Shown in pieces: positions 58,871-64,000 of a stretch of 64,000 bases of DNA (its first letter is position 1; every line of letters begins with the position of its first letter). Both the position numbers and the translations under genes were made by a program. The stretch spans positions 7,686-71,685 of the forward strand of contig JADLBQ010000019.1 of NCBI GenBank assembly GCA_020847635.1, read 5' to 3'. The notes under the pieces were generated by a model that was given only the letters and a program-made list of their open reading frames with translations, was not told where the DNA came from and ran no database searches. Source of the DNA: Bacteroidia bacterium. GTDB lineage: Bacteria; Bacteroidota; Bacteroidia; AKYH767-A; OLB10.

Positions 58871-60421
58871 TCAATTACGGCCTGTTTTTTCAATAGTATC
58901 TTTTGGGATGGAGGATAACCCAACTTTTATTCGAACTATTGCAAAATGCATTAATAAGAGACTTAACACTGTAACTGCTGCTAAGAAAATCCAACTGGAA
59001 GTCCAGACTCCGGTTGCATTGAGAAGATAGCCAAAGATAATCGGATAAATAAACCCTCCTAAACCTCCCAGAACACCAACAATGCCTCCAACTGTTCCGA
59101 TGTCATTCGGATAATATGTCGGAATATGTTTAAAAACGGCAGCACTTCCAATACCAAACATTAACCCGATGATAAAAACCAATGCGGTAAAAATCCACTT
59201 GTTAGCCTGGAAGTAAATCAGTGTTGAACCTTTAGCAATTAATTGACCTTTGAAAATTTGTTCACCTTCTTTAACAACTGGCTCCTGCCACGAAATTGAG
59301 GTAGGAAGAAATAAGAAGCCTTCTTCATCATGATGAATTCCAAAACGAATACTTGCCTGGTGAGATTCACTTTTCTTAGTTTGAAGCGGAAAAAACAGTT
59401 CACCGTTTTCTGGCACTTCACTTTGCAAAACAATTAGTGAATCGGAAACCAGTTTCACGATTCCGGATTTTGAAGACATAATTCCCTGGCCGGGAGCCCG
59501 GATTTCCATACGTGGCAGAAAAAGGAAAAACAAGCAGACTATACAGGTTCCGAAAACCCAATAGAGCACTGTTCTGGCACCTATTTTATCAGAGAGAATA
59601 CCTCCGGCAATACGGATAATTCCTGAAGGCAGGTTAAAGGCTGTAGTCATAAAGCCTGCTGCAACAATTGACAACGCATACACATTGACATAATAAGGAA
59701 TAAGCCATTGAGTTAAGGCTACAAATCCACCGAAAACAACTGAATAGTATAATCCAAAACGCCATACTCTTGTCTGTTTCAGAGGAGCTAGACGCTGGGA
59801 GAGTGGTTTTACTTCAGGATTGATTTTATTTTGTGTAAACAGAAAGAATAGAACAGCAATTATTACAAGTACCGCTGCATAAATCCGGGGTAAATTTCTC
59901 CAGCCATCGAGCTGAGTACCGCTGTCAGTCAGAAATCTCAGCAGGTTTGGAGCAAAAAGCGTTGTCAATGCAGCTCCGATATTGCCGGCACCAAAAATTC
60001 CAAGTGCTGTTCCCTGTCTTTCTTTTGGATACCAGAGGGAAGTGTAGGCAACTCCGGCTGCAAATGAACTTCCGGCTAATCCAAAACCAAAACTCAAGAG
60101 CAGGAACATACTGTAACTGGTTGCCAAAGACAAAAAAAACATGGGAACAGCGCTAATGAGTAGAATGGCAGTCATGACCCATCTTCCTCCAAATTTGTCA
60201 GTTAGAATTCCGACCGGTAAACGGAAAACAGCACCTACCAGTACAGGCACACCAAGTAGCCATCCTACTTCGATGGAACTCCATTTAAAAACTCCGTTAT
60301 TGACTAAGAAAGTAACCAGCACTCCGTTAATCATCCACACTGCAAAGCAAACCGTGAAGGCCAGTGTAGTCATAAATAACATCCGGTGTGATTTACCAGG
60401 GTTGTTAGCTGCCATAGGCAA
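58871..60421 (-). CDS. narK: MFS nitrate/nitrite transporter (NarK/NasA type) carrying a ~105-aa hydrophilic insertion
   Basis: 516 aa with 12 predicted TM helices. NNP-like glycine-rich motifs are present (FGFGLAGSSFAAGV, GGIVGVLGGLGGF). The insertion spans residues ~304-408 between TM9 and TM10. Confidence 0.7.
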   Translation of the reverse strand: MPMAANNPGKSHRMLFMTTLAFTVCFAVWMINGVLVTFLVNNGVFKWSSIEVGWLLGVPVLVGAVFRLPVGILTDKFGGRWVMTAILLISAVPMFFLSLATSYSMFLLLSFGFGLAGSSFAAGVAYTSLWYPKERQGTALGIFGAGNIGAALTTLFAPNLLRFLTDSGTQLDGWRNLPRIYAAVLVIIAVLFFLFTQNKINPEVKPLSQRLAPLKQTRVWRFGLYYSVVFGGFVALTQWLIPYYVNVYALSIVAAGFMTTAFNLPSGIIRIAGGILSDKIGARTVLYWVFGTCIVCLFFLFLPRMEIRAPGQGIMSSKSGIVKLVSDSLIVLQSEVPENGELFFPLQTKKSESHQASIRFGIHHDEEGFLFLPTSISWQEPVVKEGEQIFKGQLIAKGSTLIYFQANKWIFTALVFIIGLMFGIGSAAVFKHIPTYYPNDIGTVGGIVGVLGGLGGFIYPIIFGYLLNATGVWTSSWIFLAAVTVLSLLLMHFAIVRIKVGLSSIPKDTIEKTGRN

Positions 60422-60464
60422 TTGGATTCAAAGGCAAATAACTTGCTGAATTGCACATTTAATA

Positions 60465-60478
60465 ATGATGCAAATCAA
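60465..60478. promoter_or_regulatory. FNR-type box ATGAT-GCAA-ATCAA upstream of narK
   Basis: Matches TTGAT-N4-ATCAA at 9/10 positions. Its centre is 50.5 nt upstream of the narK ATG. Confidence 0.45.
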
Positions 60479-60542
60479 TTATAAATGTGATATTTTACAC
60501 TTTAGCGTTTCTGGATTACGCGTGCAGTGTATTAAAGAAAAG

Positions 60543-61250
60543 TCAATTGGTATGAAAGGGAGTTAATATAGCCTGCATTTTATTCAGCCGGATAATCTCG
60601 ATCCGTTTTCCCTTGGTTTTGATAATACCTTCATATTCAAATTCGGTAATCAGCCTTGAAATCTGTTCCCGGTTTGTTCCAGCCAGATCAGCAATATCTT
60701 GTCGTGACAGATGAACATCCAGGGTATTGTCACCATCTACATGATACCGTTCATATATATAAAGCAAGGCATCCGTAATTTTTTCCCGAATAGTCATTTG
60801 TGCCTGATTACGGAGTTTTGTTTCTGTGGTTTTTAACTCTTCAGCGTAAAAGAGCAGAAGTTGGATCGCTAATTCAGGTTCATTTTTTAATGTATTGAAA
60901 AACACGGATGATTCAATAAAACAAATCTTTGAATCTTCAAGAGTAGAGGCACCAACCGGGTAAATATTGTTACCACCAAATCCACGATGGCCTAAAATAT
61001 CTCCTGACCTGGCTAACCTGACAATCTGCTGCCTACCATTTATTCCGGATTTAAACACCTTTACTTTTCCTTCAAGAATAAAGAAGATACCTGTAACAGG
61101 TGCACCTTCAAAGAAAATCTGTTGTCCTTTTTTGCAGCGGATCAGTAATTTATTCTCCCGGATTAGTTTTCCGGATTTGTGATTCATAAAATGAGCAAAC
61201 AGGCAATTATCATTTTTGCATTCATCGCATGATGTTTTCTTTTTTACCAT
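60543..61250 (-). CDS. fnr: Crp/Fnr-family regulator with FNR-type cysteine set
   Basis: 235 aa. The N-terminal C8-x2-C11-x4-C16 plus C110 (SKICFIES) parallels E. coli FNR C20-x2-C23-x5-C29 plus C122. It has a cNMP-like beta-roll. The HTH recognition helix REQISRL keeps the E--SR residues that read TTGAT. Confidence 0.75.
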   Translation of the reverse strand: MVKKKTSCDECKNDNCLFAHFMNHKSGKLIRENKLLIRCKKGQQIFFEGAPVTGIFFILEGKVKVFKSGINGRQQIVRLARSGDILGHRGFGGNNIYPVGASTLEDSKICFIESSVFFNTLKNEPELAIQLLLFYAEELKTTETKLRNQAQMTIREKITDALLYIYERYHVDGDNTLDVHLSRQDIADLAGTNREQISRLITEFEYEGIIKTKGKRIEIIRLNKMQAILTPFHTN

Positions 61251-61359
61251 AGGCCACTTATGAAATACACCTCAGTTACGCAAATATATGAGTAAGCCGG
61301 CACCTCTTAATTCTGGCTAGAAGATTATGATTTAAGTTTTAACTGGCCGGTTGAATACC

Positions 61360-61998
61360 TTAAAGATTATATCTGAAAATACTTTCAATATGTGTTTGAT
61401 TTGTCATTTTACAATTCAGGTCATTCAGTTTACCGGTCCGGCAATCGTAGATCAGACCATGTAACTGAAGTGATCCGTTTTTCCAGGCACGTTGAACAAT
61501 CCTTGTTTTTGCCAGATTATGGACCTGAGCTAGTACATTCAGTTCAACCAGGCGGTCTTCACGTTTTTTCAGATTTTTAATTTTTTCAAGTTCAGTTTTG
61601 TGCTGGGCATAAACCTCTTTAATACTTCTCAGCCAGTTATTCACAAAACCAAAATCTTCGTTTTGCATTGCAGCACTCACACCTCCGCATTCATAGTGTC
61701 CACATACAATAACATGCCTAACATGGAGAATGTCAACAGCATAATAAAGTACACTAAGCAGATTCAGGTCAGTCTGAATAACAACATTGGCAATGTTGCG
61801 GTGCACAAAAATAACTCCAGGTTGTGTTTTAGTTACATTATTAGCGGGTACCCTGCTATCCGAGCAGCCAATCCATAAATATTCGGGTTGCTGGCTAGTA
61901 CTCTGCTTTTTAAAATAATGTTTATCCATTGCCAGTCTTTCCTTAACCCACTCGCGGTTGCCTTTCAAAAGGTGTTTATAGCTACCATCCATTTTCAT
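61360..61998 (-). CDS. can: Beta-class carbonic anhydrase
   Basis: 212 aa. Zinc-ligand motifs CSDSRV and GHYECGG. Confidence 0.85.
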   Translation of the reverse strand: MKMDGSYKHLLKGNREWVKERLAMDKHYFKKQSTSQQPEYLWIGCSDSRVPANNVTKTQPGVIFVHRNIANVVIQTDLNLLSVLYYAVDILHVRHVIVCGHYECGGVSAAMQNEDFGFVNNWLRSIKEVYAQHKTELEKIKNLKKREDRLVELNVLAQVHNLAKTRIVQRAWKNGSLQLHGLIYDCRTGKLNDLNCKMTNQTHIESIFRYNL

Positions 61999-62042
61999 AA
62001 TTTGTTATTTTGCAAATAATTTAATGCGAAAACACATAAAAC

Positions 62043-62056
62043 ATGATAAACATCAT
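62043..62056. promoter_or_regulatory. FNR-type box ATGAT-AAAC-ATCAT in the can / cytochrome c-narG divergent region
   Basis: Perfect 5-N4-5 palindrome with a TGAT-N4-ATCA core. Its centre is 51.5 nt upstream of the can ATG and about 215 nt upstream of the cytochrome c ATG. Confidence 0.45.
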
Positions 62057-62264
62057 TGTTTTTCATTTTTTGAGTTAGCAAAATTGCTTCGTTAAAAAAG
62101 CAAGTGATGCACAGCGTAATTTCGAAGATGAGTTTTCATTGAAGAACAAAAAACAAAGACAACATGTTTACTGCCGGTTTACTATTATCAAGCTGCAAAG
62201 TTGAGAATGTACCGGCTTTGAACTCAAAACTAAACTATATACAACTATTACCTCAGACCTATGT

Positions 62265-63167
62265 ATGAAAACAATGAATAAAACAAATACAGGTTTTCAG
62301 ATTGATATTAGAAAATGCTTCAGGCAGTTCATTATGTTGATAACAGGATTACTGCTGATTGGAAAACTTTCGTTACAAGCCCAGGATGGAGAGGCTATCT
62401 TTAAGCAGAATTGTTCCGTTTGTCATAAAATTGGCGGAGGACGGTTAATTGGTCCTGATTTGGCTGGAATAACATCCAAACGCTCAATCGAGTGGCTGTT
62501 AAAATGGACAAAAGCATCGCAGGCGCTGGTTAAAAGCGGTGATGCTGAAGCCAAAGCCATATTCGATGAATATAAAGTCATTATGCCCGATCAGAATCTT
62601 CCGGATGCTGAGCTTCGGGCAGTGTATGCATTCATTGATAGTAAAAGCGCAGATGTTGCTACCTCTGCTGAAAGTTCATCAACCACAGAGGTTGTTGCTG
62701 ATGCATCCAATCAGGCAACCCAGGAACAGATTTCAAACGGGAAACGCCTTTTTACCGGAGCACAAGGACTTATCAACGGGGGGCCGGCCTGTATATCATG
62801 TCATAATGTGAATTATAAAGGAGTAATTCCAGGTGGGTTGTTAGCTAAGGATTTAACAGATGTTTACAGTCGCTTAGGTGGTGATATCGGGCTTCATGGA
62901 ATAATGGGAGCACCGCCATTTCCGGCAATGACTCAGTCATATCTGAATAAACCCATAACTGAAAATGAAATTGCGGATATCACAGCATTTCTGAACCGGG
63001 TTGATAAAGATAAAACCAGCCAACAGGCATCCATGATGAATCCACTTTTATATGGAGGCTCAGCAGGGATCATTGCCTTGCTCATCTTGATTTATATTCT
63101 CTGGAGTTCCAGAAAACGGTTTACCGTTAAGCGAGAGATTTATAACCGTCAAATCAGATCCATTTAA
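62265..63167 (+). CDS. Membrane-anchored diheme c-type cytochrome, first gene of the nar operon (NarC-like position)
   Basis: 300 aa with an N-terminal signal/anchor. It has two heme motifs (CSVCH, CISCH) and a C-terminal TM helix (LLYGGSAGIIALLILIYILW). It ends 23 nt before narG. Confidence 0.7.
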   Translation: MKTMNKTNTGFQIDIRKCFRQFIMLITGLLLIGKLSLQAQDGEAIFKQNCSVCHKIGGGRLIGPDLAGITSKRSIEWLLKWTKASQALVKSGDAEAKAIFDEYKVIMPDQNLPDAELRAVYAFIDSKSADVATSAESSSTTEVVADASNQATQEQISNGKRLFTGAQGLINGGPACISCHNVNYKGVIPGGLLAKDLTDVYSRLGGDIGLHGIMGAPPFPAMTQSYLNKPITENEIADITAFLNRVDKDKTSQQASMMNPLLYGGSAGIIALLILIYILWSSRKRFTVKREIYNRQIRSI

Positions 63168-63190
63168 TTTAAAATTAATAACAGAAAAAT

Positions 63191-64000
63191 ATGAGCTGGA
63201 TAGAAGACATTATTTCACCGAAAACCCGAAAATGGGAAGAGTTTTACCGTAACCGCTGGCAGTATGATAAGGTTGTTCGTAGTACTCACGGTGTAAATTG
63301 TACAGGTGGTTGTTCCTGGAACATCCATGTAAAGGATGGGATTGTGGTTTGGGAAACCCAGGCATTGGATTATCCATTATTGGAAAATACACTGCCGCCA
63401 TACGAACCACGAGGTTGCCAGAGGGGAATTTCCTATTCCTGGTACTTGTACAGTCCGATTCGGGTGAAATATCCGCTTATCCGGGGAGCGTTACTAGATT
63501 TGTTTAATATGGAGAAGAAGGCAGCCGGAGGCGATCCGGTGAAAGCCTGGGAAAACTTACAAAACAATCCGGTAAGAAGAAAAAGATATCAAAAAGCCAG
63601 AGGTAAAGGGGGGTTCAGAAGAGCTAAGTGGGAAGAAGTGCTGGAACTGATTGCTGCGGCAAATATTTATACAGTAAAAAAATATGGGCCTGATCGTATC
63701 ATTGGCTTCTCACCAATTCCTGCAATGTCCATGTTGAGTTATGCATCAGGAGCACGTTATCTGCAGTTGATGGGTGGCGTAAACCTGAGTTTCTACGACT
63801 GGTATTGCGATTTGCCTTGTGCTTTTCCGGAAGTGTGGGGCGAGCAAACCGATGTTTGTGAAAGTGCGGATTGGTATAATTCGAAGTTCTGTGTTTCAAT
63901 GGGTGCTAACCTTGGTATGACACGAACACCTGATATTCACTTCTTCTCCGAATCAAAACACAACGGAACCTAAACAGTGGTGATGTCGCGCGACTTCAGC
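63191..64000 (+). pseudogene. narG: Respiratory nitrate reductase alpha subunit (NarG), N-terminal region, with in-frame TAA at 63971-63973; continues past the window end
   Basis: The product aligns from memory with E. coli NarG: [39 protein letters not shown] (H-x3-C-x3-C FS0 motif), [61 protein letters not shown]. There is no twin-arginine signal. After ..KHNGT the codon TAA sits where E. coli has Lys (YKGTKTVAV). The same frame continues TVVMSRDFS to the window edge. Confidence 0.7.

Noticed and set aside
1-64000. CRISPR arrays, rRNA genes, transposases, prophage or obvious defence-system genes.
   Set aside because: None found. There are no regularly spaced direct repeats, no rRNA-like conserved stretches, and no ORFs with transposase, integrase (other than XerD), restriction or nuclease/ATPase defence signatures.

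Overview
This 64 kb window looks like a Bacteroidota-type chromosome. The evidence is many secreted proteins ending in T9SS (Por) C-terminal sorting domains, almost no Shine-Dalgarno sites, TAnnTTTG-type -7 boxes, and a tmRNA tag GETNYSLAA.

Positions 1-45,600 hold housekeeping genes: sucC, agmatinase, biotin carboxylase, dxs, nth, ridA, uvrA, mltG, hsp20, xerD, aroQ, ispE, lptF/G and moeA. One tRNA-Met(CAU) and the tmRNA are also here. About a dozen T9SS cargo genes are interspersed among them (SBBP propellers, GEVED, BNR, PKD, an S8 protease, a 1412-aa giant).

Positions 45,800-64,000 form a coherent molybdenum-cofactor and nitrate-respiration block:
- TonB-dependent receptor, SUOX-fold lipoprotein, ModE-type regulator and TauE/DUF81 permease
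- mobA-moaD-moeB-moaE-moaC/mog
- three unknown genes
- on the minus strand, moaA, hemerythrin, an alginate-export-type porin, a TehA/SLAC1 channel, NarK, FNR and a beta-carbonic anhydrase
- a diheme cytochrome c followed by narG, which runs off the window

The most notable observations:
1. The TBDR/SUOX-fold/ModE/TauE cassette at the head of the Moco operon is a candidate non-ModABC molybdenum acquisition route.
2. A 188-nt chimeric relic at the island boundary fuses diverged copies of the lptF start plus TPR 3' end to the moeA 3' end.
3. Three FNR-type palindromes sit at nearly constant spacing upstream of the hemerythrin-moaA, narK and can genes.
4. Four genes carry lesions: three T9SS cargo genes and narG, whose homology continues in frame past a TAA.

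No CRISPR array, IS element, prophage or rRNA was seen. All coordinates and motif matches were read by eye, and no database search was possible.
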